Part shown: positions 27,980 to 36,665 of the stretch, piece after piece
Layout of the letters: every line of letters starts with the position of its first letter
How positions within the stretch are numbered: position 1 is the first letter of the stretch
From: Gemmatimonadales bacterium
Lineage (GTDB): Bacteria; Gemmatimonadota; Gemmatimonadetes; Gemmatimonadales; GWC2-71-9
NCBI GenBank assembly: GCA_035501775.1
Contig: DATJVM010000006.1
Coordinates: 111,948-175,947, forward strand
DNA length: 64,000 nt
Direction: 5' to 3'
Notes under the pieces: model-generated
What the model was told of the DNA's origin: nothing
Seen by the model: only the letters and a program-made list of their open reading frames with translations
Database searches by the model: none
Translations under genes and position numbers: made by a program

Positions 27980-28276
27980 TCAGGGCGCCGGAGGCGCCTC
28001 GCCTCGCTGGCCGGGGAGCTGTCCTCGAGCGCCGCTCTGCGCGACGATTCGTTCCGTGAAATCCAGGCGCTCCGCGACTTCGGCGAGTTCCGCTCGCAGC
28101 TGCTCGACTTCCGCGCGCAGCTGCTCGAGCTCCGATGAATCGGCGCCGCCGGCCCGGAGCCGCGTCTCCTCCAGACGAAACTTCCAGAACTTCTGGAGCC
28201 CGTTGACCACGATCACAACGACCGGGATGGCGAGAGCGAGAATGGGGATGAAAAGCGCGACAGTGCCGTTGTCCAC
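27980..28276 (-). CDS. single-TM coiled-coil protein (PspB-like architecture)
   Basis: TM helix ALFIPILALAIPVVVIVV, then ELEQLRAEVEQLRAELAEVAERLDFTERIVA. GTG start. Confidence 0.65.
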   Translation of the reverse strand: MDNGTVALFIPILALAIPVVVIVVNGLQKFWKFRLEETRLRAGGADSSELEQLRAEVEQLRAELAEVAERLDFTERIVAQSGARGQLPGQRGEAPPAP

Positions 28277-28325
28277 GAGCTACTCCTGGTTGAGCGGGGC
28301 GGGGCGCTTCGCCCTCGCCGCCGCC

Positions 28326-28904
28326 TCAGCGACGCCAGTCACAGCTTCCGAGACGGGCCAGAGCCGCCGATAGCCCCGTGAGGTCGAAGGTGACACGGCG
28401 CTCTTCGCCGAAGGCACGGTACGTGACAGTGAGGTAGTGGGATTCGAGCAGGTGGCGCATCAGGTGGGAGGAGTAGTAAGGGCTGGCATCATCGCCCAGG
28501 AATCCGATCCGCAGGCTTCCCTCCCGGCGCGTGATGGCCTGGAGGGCACGGGAATGGCCATCCAGATCCAGATAGGTGGTCTCCTGCCAATCCTCCTCGT
28601 CAAAGCGGAGATGCGCGTAGCCGGCATCGCCAAAGGGCTCGAGCGGCTGTGCCGGCTGGAAGTAGAGTGTCCTCCCCAGGTGGCCCGGAAGCGCGCGGCC
28701 GCAGGCGACGACCAGCGCGGCCGAGCTGGTATCCCCGCCGTGCCGCGCGTTGGGCCAGAAGGGGCGGTCGGTGCCGGTGAGCGCCAGACGAGGTTCATCC
28801 GTGGCGCCGGTATCCGAAGCCGGGGGCAACAGGTGCCACCTGCCTTGTTGCGCCGCGGCACTGGGGACGGCGAGACACACGAGCAACATTGCGAGGCCGC
28901 GCAT
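28326..28904 (-). CDS. secreted hypothetical protein
   Basis: Signal peptide MRGLAMLLVCLAVPSAAAQ. 192 aa. No family recognised. Confidence 0.65.
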   Translation of the reverse strand: MRGLAMLLVCLAVPSAAAQQGRWHLLPPASDTGATDEPRLALTGTDRPFWPNARHGGDTSSAALVVACGRALPGHLGRTLYFQPAQPLEPFGDAGYAHLRFDEEDWQETTYLDLDGHSRALQAITRREGSLRIGFLGDDASPYYSSHLMRHLLESHYLTVTYRAFGEERRVTFDLTGLSAALARLGSCDWRR

Positions 28905-28984
28905 GCGTCTCTCGTTGGTCGGGTACGCTGTAAGGTGGCCGGTTCACCGAGCAAGGGCAATTGTGTGTTGTGTGGTAGCCGCGG

Positions 28985-29443
28985 TCACAGCGCGGGCACC
29001 CAGGCCCAGGGCCATTGGGCCCCGCCGCCATGGCGGGCCAGTGCCACGAAGCCCAGCATGGTGAGAGGCCACGTGAGACGGATCGCGAGGTGCTGCAGGC
29101 GCCGGGCGGGCTGCCTGGCCCAGTCGAACAGCGCGATCAGAGGCGGCGCAGTCCCGACCAGAAAGGCCACTGTCCAGCCGATCCAGCGCCAGGCGCCATG
29201 GATCCCGGCCAGGTGGTGCCAGGTGGCGCGGACCATGAGGGCAGCGAAGCTTACGGCCACGTAGCTCTGGCCGGCCACCGCCAGGAGAAACCCGAGCACC
29301 GAGAGCGGCCAGAAACCGGTGCGGGATCCGGCGCGGCCCATCAGCGCTCCGGCCACTCCACCGGCCCCGACGGCCAGCGTCCAGAAGGCCGCGGCGAACA
29401 TCCCCGGAATCGCCATGACGAAGAGGTAGCCGAGGGACGACAC
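28985..29443 (-). CDS. membrane protein, hypothetical
   Basis: Four to five TM segments. Start is GTG 29443 or ATG 29416. Confidence 0.6.
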   Translation of the reverse strand: MSSLGYLFVMAIPGMFAAAFWTLAVGAGGVAGALMGRAGSRTGFWPLSVLGFLLAVAGQSYVAVSFAALMVRATWHHLAGIHGAWRWIGWTVAFLVGTAPPLIALFDWARQPARRLQHLAIRLTWPLTMLGFVALARHGGGAQWPWAWVPAL

Positions 29444-29494
29444 TTCAGGGCCGGGGCGGAAGGGGCCGGGGGGCGCGGAGGTCGGCGGGCTGAC

Positions 29495-30046
29495 TCACGC
29501 GGTCGGAGGCGCCGGCCGACGCTGCAGCAGGTCCGTTGGTGCGGTGAAGCCATGCCTGGCGTAGAGCGGTCGGCTGCGAGGCGTAGGCCAGAGGATCACC
29601 GCCTCCACTCCACGGGAGTCGCACTCGGAGAGCGCGGCCTCGAGCAGCGCCGCTCCGATGCCGCGCTGACGGCAGGCTGGGGTGACGTAGACGCTGGTGA
29701 CATACCCGAGCCACTCCGGCTCGCCCACCGGGTTGGGCAGCTTTTCGACCAGCTGCAGCCAGGCCATGCCGATCGTCTCTCCGGCGAGCTCCGCAAGCCA
29801 ACAGTGCCAGCACCCCTTGCCGAGCAACCGATCCGCCATCCATCCGATGGTGCGTCGGCGGAAAGCCTTCTCCGACTCGACGGCGGGATCGAGGGCCGAG
29901 CGGAACTCGAAGCGCAAGGCCGCCAGCGCCGGCGCGTCGGTCGGAGCCGCACGTCGGATGGCGGGAATGGCACTCGTCGGGATGGGCTCGCGGGGCGAGG
30001 TCAGGAGGCCTCCTCTGGACTCGGCGGTAGAACCGAGGCGGCTCAC
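29495..30046 (-). CDS. GNAT N-acetyltransferase
   Basis: VYVTPACRQRGIGAALLEAAL...PLYARHGF. GTG start. Confidence 0.88.
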   Translation of the reverse strand: MSRLGSTAESRGGLLTSPREPIPTSAIPAIRRAAPTDAPALAALRFEFRSALDPAVESEKAFRRRTIGWMADRLLGKGCWHCWLAELAGETIGMAWLQLVEKLPNPVGEPEWLGYVTSVYVTPACRQRGIGAALLEAALSECDSRGVEAVILWPTPRSRPLYARHGFTAPTDLLQRRPAPPTA

Positions 30047-30048
30047 GG

Positions 30049-30405
30049 TCAGGAAACCGCGGGTGGCCTCTTGCGGGCGGCGCGTCGGGAACTCTCGGCG
30101 GGACGGTTCGACCCACCGGGGGAGACGCTCATCGGCTCGAGCGAGACGCGTACGGTCTCACCTACCTGGACACCGGCCGCTTCCGCGGTGGTCGGTGGCA
30201 CGATCAGGAAGACTCCGCGTGCGTCCGCCAGGACTACCGATTCGAGGGGAACCCCCTCGAGTCGGCCCCGCACCGGGTGCCCGTGTTGTCCGCCGTCCAG
30301 GCGCCTGGCCGGGAGCCCCCAGCGCAGGGTCGGATCAAACGGGACCTCGACTGCGAGGCCTTCGTGCCGCGAAGTCAGCGTGGTGGAGAAGCGTTCTACC
30401 TTCAT
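30049..30405 (-). CDS. DUF1905-domain protein
   Basis: VEVPFDP...VRGRLEGVPLES...AAGVQVGETVRVSLEP, with a basic tail. Confidence 0.78.
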   Translation of the reverse strand: MKVERFSTTLTSRHEGLAVEVPFDPTLRWGLPARRLDGGQHGHPVRGRLEGVPLESVVLADARGVFLIVPPTTAEAAGVQVGETVRVSLEPMSVSPGGSNRPAESSRRAARKRPPAVS

Positions 30406-30505
30406 GGTGCCCTCTTCCTGCGAGGAGCGGCGGGGTCCCGCCCCGGCGCTAAAGTGCGGCGGGTCCGGCCCTCGAGCAAGAGCGCTTGGCCGGCGCGACC
30501 TCCAT

Positions 30506-30985
30506 TCAGGCGAACAGCGATTCGATGTCGGGCTCGATCGTCTCGGGCGGGTCCGTGGGTGCGTAGCGCCGCACTGGCTGCCCGGTCCGGTCCACCAGGA
30601 ACTTCGTGAAGTTCCACTTGATGGCTTCGGTGCCGAGCAGGCCCGGTGCGGTCGCCTTGAGATAGACGAAGAGCGGATGGGCCTTGGCTCCGTTCACGTC
30701 GATCTTGGCAAACAGGGGGAAGGTCACCTGGTAGGTGGTGGAGCAGAAACGCTGGATCTCGGCCTCGCTGCCCGGCTCCTGGTGCCCGAACTGGTCGCAG
30801 GGGAAGCCGAGCACCGAGAACCCCTTCGGCGCGAGCCTTCGGTACACGTGCTCGAGCCCGGCGTACTGCGGCGTGAACCCGCAGCGGCTCGCCACGTTCA
30901 CGATGAGCAGGACCCGGCCCCGGTAGCTGGCGAGCGACCGCATGGTGCCCGCGATATCACGCGCCTCGTATTCGTAGACGGACAT
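30506..30985 (-). CDS. glutathione peroxidase (Cys type)
   Basis: LLIVNVASRCGFTPQY...LGFPCDQFGHQEPG...WNFTKFLVDR. ATG at 30985. Confidence 0.95.
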   Translation of the reverse strand: MSVYEYEARDIAGTMRSLASYRGRVLLIVNVASRCGFTPQYAGLEHVYRRLAPKGFSVLGFPCDQFGHQEPGSEAEIQRFCSTTYQVTFPLFAKIDVNGAKAHPLFVYLKATAPGLLGTEAIKWNFTKFLVDRTGQPVRRYAPTDPPETIEPDIESLFA

Positions 30986-30990
30986 GAGGC

Positions 30991-31515
30991 TCAGGGAGCC
31001 GCGGCTCCTGGTGAATCGACGCCCAGTGAGCGATAGGCCTCGAGTGCCTCCGGGCTGAAGCACGCGAAAATGGCCAGGTCGAGGTCCGGGGCAGTGCTGG
31101 CTCCCTCGCGAACGGTGGCGACGGCCACCTTGGCCGCGTCGCGGAGCGGATAGCCGTAGATCCCGGTGCTGATGGCCGGGAACGCGATGGAACGCAGACC
31201 TTGCTCCCCCGCCAGGCGAAGCGCGGATCGATAGGCGCCGGCCAGCAGCTCGGCCTCGCCGGCTCCGCCTCCCTCCCACACCGGGCCGACCGCATGAATC
31301 ACGAAGCGGGCCGGGAGCCCGAAGCCAGGAGTGAGACGGGCCGCTCCCGTTGGGCAGGGCGCCAGCGGCCGACAGGCGGCGGCCAGCTTCGGGCCCGCCG
31401 CCCGGTGGATGGCGCCGCAGACGCCGCCGCCGGGCGCAAGCTCGGTGTTGGCCGCGTTCACGATGGCGTCGACCGCCAGCGTGGTGATGTCGACCAGCCG
31501 TGCTTCAAGTCGCAC
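30991..31515 (-). CDS. macro-domain protein (O-acetyl-ADP-ribose deacetylase, YmdB-like)
   Basis: DAIVNAANTELAPGGGVCGAIHRAAG...VIHAVGPVW...SIAFPAISTGIYGYP. GTG start. Confidence 0.93.
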   Translation of the reverse strand: MRLEARLVDITTLAVDAIVNAANTELAPGGGVCGAIHRAAGPKLAAACRPLAPCPTGAARLTPGFGLPARFVIHAVGPVWEGGGAGEAELLAGAYRSALRLAGEQGLRSIAFPAISTGIYGYPLRDAAKVAVATVREGASTAPDLDLAIFACFSPEALEAYRSLGVDSPGAAAP

Positions 31516-31535
31516 GGCTCATCCTGGCGGCGCCC

Positions 31536-31916
31536 TCAGGCCGCCTTTTCTCCCTTGTAGGCAAACCAGGCGAACCCCACGCACAGCAGGGCGTAGATCA
31601 CCACCGACGACCAGCCCATGCTGTTGACCATGTCGTTCCGCACGGCGTGCAGGGCGACATAGAGGCCGGCTAACGAGCCCAGCGCGGCACCGATCGCAAT
31701 GCCCTTGATCACGCCGGCTTCGCTTACGTTGCGAATGAGCAGGAAGACGAGTCCCAGTTCGAGCAGCGCGCTCCCGAAGAACTGGGCCGAGAGATACCCG
31801 ACCGGGCCGGTCGCGGCGCCGTAGAAGTTGAGCGTCGCCACCGGCGCGAAGAGAAAGGCGAGGCCGAACACGAGGCCGAGCAGACCGGCGATCGTTAGCA
31901 GTACGCTGAACCGCAT
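31536..31916 (-). CDS. four-TM membrane protein, hypothetical
   Basis: ATG at 31916 (MRFSVLLTIAGLLGLVFGLAF...). 126 aa. Confidence 0.65.
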   Translation of the reverse strand: MRFSVLLTIAGLLGLVFGLAFLFAPVATLNFYGAATGPVGYLSAQFFGSALLELGLVFLLIRNVSEAGVIKGIAIGAALGSLAGLYVALHAVRNDMVNSMGWSSVVIYALLCVGFAWFAYKGEKAA

Positions 31917-32083
31917 GGGCGACTCCTGATGGGAGAGGTGGACTGCACTTGCGGACGCGAAGAGCCGCGGCAGCCCGCGGCCTGGGTGCTCGGACGTCGC
32001 GGGTGGAACCGGCCCGGCACGCCGATCCCCCCCGGCTAAAGCTCCGCTTCGGTCGAGAGTGCGCAAGCCCGGCCGGCTTGCGG

Positions 32084-32665
32084 TTAAGCGGACAACGCCG
32101 CCAGGATGTCCGCGGTCGCGCGGACCCGGCCGATGCGCGGGAAGACGGTCGTGACCGCGAACCCGTGAGCGCCGGCGCCGATGCCGCTCATGGCGTCCTC
32201 GGCGAAGATCTGTGCGAATCCGCGCTCGTAGGCGTCGCGGGCGGTCGACTCGATCCCGTAGTTCGTGGCAATGCCGGCCAGGATCAGGGTGCGGACACCG
32301 CGTCGCCGCAGTTGCAGATCCAGTTCCGTGCCGTAGAAGGCACCCCACTGTCGCTTGGTGATCAGGATGTCGCCCGGACGGGGGCCCAGCTCCGGTGGCA
32401 GCTCGGCATAATCCTGCGGCAAGGGGCCGGGCCGGCCCAGCGGCAGGTCCGCCGGAGGGGCCAGCCGGTCGCCCCCGTCGGGCGAGGGGACCGCGCGAAC
32501 CAGCACCACCAGCGTCCCGCTGCGGCGCGCGGCCTCCGCGAGCCGCACCGTCTGCGACAGCACCGCCGCCGCCGAGTGAGGCTCGGTGGCGCGCTCCAGG
32601 ATGCCCCGTTGCAGGTCAATGACGATGAGCGCGGTGCTTCCCGGCTCCAGTCGAAGCGGCTCCAT
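32084..32665 (-). CDS. isochorismatase-family hydrolase
   Basis: TALIVIDLQRG...ITKRQWGAFYGTELDLQLRRRGVRTLILAGIATNYGIESTARDA. Confidence 0.92.
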   Translation of the reverse strand: MEPLRLEPGSTALIVIDLQRGILERATEPHSAAAVLSQTVRLAEAARRSGTLVVLVRAVPSPDGGDRLAPPADLPLGRPGPLPQDYAELPPELGPRPGDILITKRQWGAFYGTELDLQLRRRGVRTLILAGIATNYGIESTARDAYERGFAQIFAEDAMSGIGAGAHGFAVTTVFPRIGRVRATADILAALSA

Positions 32666-32711
32666 GCCGGGTCAACCTACGCCACGAGCCATGGCCCCGT
32701 CAGGGCCACGG

Positions 32712-33011
32712 TCACTGGCGCGCCGACCCCCAATACAGAACGGCGGCACACCGGGGACAAGTGAACTCGCGTGGAATCCGCCCATAGGGGAGGAGGGACC
32801 GACACTGGGGGCAGCGCCAGTTGCGATGTGTGAACAGGCCGTACAGCAGCCCCGCCAGGACCACGGCCGGCAGCTTGCCGCCGGACGCGGCGGGGAGAAT
32901 CAGCAGGAGGAAGAGGAGGACGCATGCCGCGAGCAGCGTCGCGGTGGCCTGTCGGCGCCGCACCTGCGCGAACGCCGCCCGTACATCGCGGTGATGCAGG
33001 TGCCCTTTCAC
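32712..33011 (-). CDS. membrane protein with C-terminal zinc ribbon
   Basis: Two TM segments, then CPQC...CPRC. GTG 33011 is preferred to the ORF-track start at 33140. Confidence 0.5.
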   Translation of the reverse strand: MKGHLHHRDVRAAFAQVRRRQATATLLAACVLLFLLLILPAASGGKLPAVVLAGLLYGLFTHRNWRCPQCRSLLPYGRIPREFTCPRCAAVLYWGSARQ

Positions 33012-33157
33012 CAGCGGTTCCCGCGATGGAGCGGGGCCGTCCAGTGGCGCGCAACCGGTCCGGGCCTCGTTACCCCGCCGTGACGAACCGGTGCTAGCGT
33101 CGTCGTGCCGGCGTGACCGGTGGCCGTCCTCACGGCGCAACCTCTAATGGAGAGCCC

Positions 33158-33388
33158 ATGCCCGAGCCCGAAGAAAAACCGCTCCGGATCGTCCTGACCC
33201 CGGAGCAGCGGGAGGTCGTGCGCCGGATGTCCGGACAGCACGTTGAAGCGATCGAGCTCAAGCCGGATGACGACAGGAAGCAGGCGGGAGTCCTGCGGTT
33301 CCTGTGGCGGCTCTCGGCGGCGACGGGGATTCCGCGGCAGGCATGGGTGACGGAGGACGAGGACCAGCGGGACAAGGAGAAGAAGTGA
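33158..33388 (+). CDS. small acidic hypothetical protein
   Basis: ATG 33158 is preceded by GGAGAG. 76 aa (MPEPEEKPLRIVLTPEQREVVRRMSG...). No family recognised. Confidence 0.5.
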   Translation: MPEPEEKPLRIVLTPEQREVVRRMSGQHVEAIELKPDDDRKQAGVLRFLWRLSAATGIPRQAWVTEDEDQRDKEKK

Positions 33389-33427
33389 CCGACCGGGGGC
33401 GGGGGCGAGAGAGATCCCATGCGCGCC

Positions 33428-33754
33428 TCAGCGACGACGCCTGGTTCGGGCCGGCGGATCGGGAACGAACTGCATGTTGATGCTCAGCAGTTCCCCCTCA
33501 AACCAGGCCACGAGCCGTCCGGTGAACTTTTCGGTCAGGTAGAAGAGGTCGGCCGGCGTCTTGGGATGGATGTGCGCGACCAGGACGCCGTCCGCATCGC
33601 CGATCTGGATGTAGCCCCCATGAGGGCGCTGGGCGTGCTTGAGGCGAGTTCGGGCCTTGTTGCCCCAGGACCACGTGCTGGCGGCTCGAATACGTGCCCG
33701 GAGCAGTTTGAACGCATCGAGGTGTCCGGCGGGAACGGCCTGAAGGACGAGCAT
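33428..33754 (-). CDS. hypothetical protein
   Basis: ATG 33754 is preceded by GGAGG. 108 aa. No family recognised. Confidence 0.5.
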   Translation of the reverse strand: MLVLQAVPAGHLDAFKLLRARIRAASTWSWGNKARTRLKHAQRPHGGYIQIGDADGVLVAHIHPKTPADLFYLTEKFTGRLVAWFEGELLSINMQFVPDPPARTRRRR

Positions 33755-33877
33755 GGGACCTCCGGCAAGAGGGTGAACCACCGCCGTCGAATACCCTGCG
33801 TGCCTCAAACCTAGATACCTGGATCGGCGCGTGAAAGGATCGGGGAGCGGGTTGTACGACGTCCCGCCCGGCCCGGG

Positions 33878-34792
33878 CTACGGCCGACGGGCCAGGAAGG
33901 TCCCCTCGCGCAGTTCGTTGTAGGCCTGCTGCAGTTCCTCCTCGGTATTCATCACGATGGGGCCGTACCAGGCGACGGGCTCCTGAATTGGTGCGCCCGA
34001 CACCAGCAGGAACCGCACCCCTCCCTCGCCGGCCTGGACCGTGACGCTGTCCCCGCCATCGAACAGGACCAGCGAGCGATCGCCGCTTTCCTCCAGCGTC
34101 GGTGGGGCTTCCGGCGCCAAGCCGACACGTTCGGTCAGAACCGCGCGTGGATTCGAGGCGTCCTGGAACGTGCCACTGCCCTCGAAGACGTAGGCAAAGG
34201 CGTGGCGGGGCGCCTCGACGGGGAAGGACTTCGTCCGGCCGGGCGGCACCAGGATGTCTAGGTACCGGGGTTCGGCCGCGACGCCATCCACCGGTCCGGT
34301 CTTGCCCCAGAACGTGCCGCAGACGACGCGCACGATGGTTCCGTCGTCGTCGGTGACCTCGGGAATGGCGCTCGAAGGCACGTCCTGATAGCGGGGCGCC
34401 GTCATCTTGAGCGACGACGGGAGATTGGCCCAGAGCTGGAAGCCATGCATCCGGCCGTGCTGATCTCCGTGTGGCATCTCCTGGTGCAGGATCCCGCTCC
34501 CAGCCGTCATCCACTGCACGTCCCCGGCGCCTAACGAACCACGGTTGCCCAGGCTGTCCCCGTGGTTCACGGTTCCGGTGAGGACGTACGTGACCGTCTC
34601 GATGCCGCGATGAGGGTGCCACGGGAAGCCGGCGAGGTAGTCGTCGGGGCGCTCATTGCGGAAGTCGTCGAACAGGAGAAACGGATCGAACTCCGTCGTG
34701 TCGCCGAAGCCGAACGCGCGGCGCAGTCGGACGCCGGCCCCTTCCACGGTGGGGCGGGCCTGGGTAACGCGCTTGACCGGTCGAATGGACAC
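33878..34792 (-). CDS. pirin-family bicupin protein
   Basis: FPWHPHRGIETVTYVLTGTVNHGDSLGN...DVQWMTAGSGILHQEMP...FQLWANLP. GTG 34792 is preceded by GAGGG. 304 aa. Confidence 0.93.
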   Translation of the reverse strand: MSIRPVKRVTQARPTVEGAGVRLRRAFGFGDTTEFDPFLLFDDFRNERPDDYLAGFPWHPHRGIETVTYVLTGTVNHGDSLGNRGSLGAGDVQWMTAGSGILHQEMPHGDQHGRMHGFQLWANLPSSLKMTAPRYQDVPSSAIPEVTDDDGTIVRVVCGTFWGKTGPVDGVAAEPRYLDILVPPGRTKSFPVEAPRHAFAYVFEGSGTFQDASNPRAVLTERVGLAPEAPPTLEESGDRSLVLFDGGDSVTVQAGEGGVRFLLVSGAPIQEPVAWYGPIVMNTEEELQQAYNELREGTFLARRP

Positions 34793-34818
34793 GGGCCACC
34801 CTCGCGTTGGGAGATTCG

Positions 34819-35184
34819 CTAGCGGGCGCGCGCCCGGCGACGGCGGGCCCTGGGCTTGGCCGCCCGCGCGCCTCGCGCCCGCATCAGTGGCGGTGTGGCC
34901 TCCTTGGGCGCGCGCCCGGTCTCGGTGACCGCGCGAAGCCACGCCTCCGCGGCCGCGAACGCCTTCGCCTTGCCGCCATACCGGGTGTCGCCGAAGTAGG
35001 CCTTGAATCGTGGCTTCCAGCCATCGCGGGTCCGCCGGTAGCTGATACGCACGATGTAACCACGGACCCGAGGATAATCCAAGCGACAAATGCCGGGGGG
35101 CAGGCGGCGGCCGGCACGGGCTTTGGGCAAGGGGATGCGGAGCTTCTTGGGTCGCCGAGCGGATCGGCGAGTACGACCTGGCAT
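34819..35184 (-). CDS. highly basic small protein with AP2/integrase-type DNA-binding-like core
   Basis: ATG 35184 is preceded by GGGAGG. Arg/Lys-rich tails flank RGYIVRISYRRTRDGWKPRFKAYFGDTRYGGKAKAFAAAEAWLRAV, which has a three-strand plus helix pattern. Confidence 0.6.
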   Translation of the reverse strand: MPGRTRRSARRPKKLRIPLPKARAGRRLPPGICRLDYPRVRGYIVRISYRRTRDGWKPRFKAYFGDTRYGGKAKAFAAAEAWLRAVTETGRAPKEATPPLMRARGARAAKPRARRRRARAR

Positions 35185-35329
35185 TGTACCTCCCGAAGGC
35201 TGGAATCGAACGGGACAGAAGTATGGGCGCGGGCGGTGGCAGACGGAAGGCACGTTGCGGCCGGGCCTCGTTATCGGCGCCAGTTGGCCTGACGGGCTCC
35301 CGCTCCGCTGGCGACTGCCTGACAACAGT

Positions 35330-35470
35330 CGAGCGGCCGAGGACCGACGATCAATCTTGACAATCCGGCTAGCATTTGCGATCTTGGGCGGCGCCAGTCT
35401 AGTTGAAAATTACTCTCAGAACTATAAACGTTTGTGCATACTGGTTTTACGAAGGCAACTAGCCACCGTG
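35330..35470. promoter_or_regulatory. AT-rich divergent intergenic control region
   Basis: The most AT-rich stretch of the window. TTGACA at 35357-35362 (17 nt to GATCTT). TTGAAA at 35403-35408 and TATAAA at 35423-35428 (14-nt spacer). Lies 64 nt upstream of the heme oxygenase ATG. Confidence 0.4.
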
Positions 35471-35492
35471 CCCGACCCCGAGGATCCCCGAC

Positions 35493-36104
35493 ATGGCCGA
35501 GCTGACCATGCAGACGCCCCCGCCGCTCTCGCTCCGGCTCCGCGAAGCGACCCACGACCTTCATCGCGCGGCCGAGGGAGCGCGCTTCCAACGAGAACTG
35601 GTGAAGGGCCGCCTGCCGCTGGCGTGCTATGTCGCATGGCTGGTGCAGATGCAAACGGTGTATACCACGTTGGAGCGGCACCTTCCGGCGACCGGGTTCG
35701 ACGCCGATCCTTGGCGGCGCACGCCCCAGTTGGAACGGGACCTTCGCCATTGGGCGGCAGGGAATGGCGTGGCGGCGGCCACGCTCACATTCACCACGCA
35801 GTTGGCCCGATGGGCCGAGTCAGAACCCTGGGCCCTCGTCGGGGTGCTCTACGTACTGGAAGGGAGCACCAACGGCTCACGACACATCGCGCGTGTCCTG
35901 CGCACGGCCTATGATCGGTCGGGGGACGAGGGTCTGGCCTTTCTTGATCCCTACGGTGCGGAACAGCCGGCGCGGTGGGCGGCCTTCAAGGTCCAGCTCG
36001 ATAGTGTCGTGCCGGCCGAGGCCGCGCCGGCCCTCTTCATCGGCGCAGAGGCCACCTTTCGGGCCGTCATCGCGATGGGCGAGGAGCTGCTTCCCGGCGG
36101 CTAG
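35493..36104 (+). CDS. heme oxygenase (biliverdin-producing, HO/BphO-like)
   Basis: LSLRLREATHDLHRAAE...YVAWLVQMQTVYTTLE...LYVLEGSTNGSRHI. 203 aa. Confidence 0.9.
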   Translation: MAELTMQTPPPLSLRLREATHDLHRAAEGARFQRELVKGRLPLACYVAWLVQMQTVYTTLERHLPATGFDADPWRRTPQLERDLRHWAAGNGVAAATLTFTTQLARWAESEPWALVGVLYVLEGSTNGSRHIARVLRTAYDRSGDEGLAFLDPYGAEQPARWAAFKVQLDSVVPAEAAPALFIGAEATFRAVIAMGEELLPGG

Positions 36105-36562
36105 GGCGCCTTGGTCTCCGTGTGGAGCACCATCTGCCACCTCGCGGGGCCCCGCTCCCAGACGCTCGAGCACCAGTAGTCCCCATCCAACTGGAACTGC
36201 GCATCGGTGCGTGGGTCTCGGTACTTGCCGCGGACGGTGGCCCGGTAGGTGACTACGAAACGATCGGGGCCGAGCGGACGGCCGATGAAGTCGTTAAGCT
36301 GATACGAATCGTTCTGAACGTCGTCGAACGTCGCCAGCTCCCGCAGACGGTCGTGCACGCCATCCGCGTAGACCCCCTGGTAGGTCGGCGCCAGGTAGTC
36401 CGCGAAGGCCTGCGCACGGTGCTCGCGCGTCGTGGCCCAGAGGGAATCCTCGAGCCCCCGCATGACGACCGGGTCAAGCGGACGGTTCTGCCCGGCGGCG
36501 GGCAGGGCCTTCAACGGGACTCCCAGGGCCACTGTCAGGAGCCCCCAGTAGATCGATCGCAT
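36101..36562 (-). CDS. secreted NTF2-like (DUF4440-type) protein
   Basis: ATG at 36562. Signal peptide MRSIYWGLLTVALGVPLKALPAAGQ. C-terminal YWCSSVWERGPARWQMVLHTET. Confidence 0.75.
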   Translation of the reverse strand: MRSIYWGLLTVALGVPLKALPAAGQNRPLDPVVMRGLEDSLWATTREHRAQAFADYLAPTYQGVYADGVHDRLRELATFDDVQNDSYQLNDFIGRPLGPDRFVVTYRATVRGKYRDPRTDAQFQLDGDYWCSSVWERGPARWQMVLHTETKAP

Positions 36563-36665
36563 GAACCCCTCGGCGCAAGAGAACTGCAGGAGCGGCCTTG
36601 GCCAGGCCCGTACCCCTGTGGAGGGGCAAAGTGACCATGGCGGAGCTGAAACCGCAAGACACGGC

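Noticed and set aside
28085-28140. A short tandem-looking DNA repeat (cgcagctgctcga, twice).
   Set aside because: It lies inside the coiled-coil coding region and encodes the EQLRAEVEQLRAEL heptads. It is not a CRISPR or regulatory repeat.
29015-31036. A 673-aa plus-strand ORF, the longest non-annotated ORF in the track.
   Set aside because: It runs antisense across five well-supported minus-strand genes: a membrane protein, a GNAT, DUF1905, glutathione peroxidase and the macro-domain gene. Its translation is Arg/Gly/Pro/Glu-rich with no motifs. This is a typical shadow ORF in high-GC DNA, where third codon positions are shared with the real frame.
33498-34622. A 374-aa minus-strand ORF overlapping the pirin gene in another frame.
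   Set aside because: The pirin frame carries unmistakable bicupin motifs. The alternative frame is Arg/Pro/Gly-rich with no motifs.
35195-35225. A tRNA T-loop-like string (minus strand GTTCGATTCC), possibly a tRNA or an att-site remnant next to the AP2-like gene.
   Set aside because: The flanking sequence cannot form a T-stem, acceptor stem or anticodon arm. No integrase or direct repeat is nearby. This is most likely chance.
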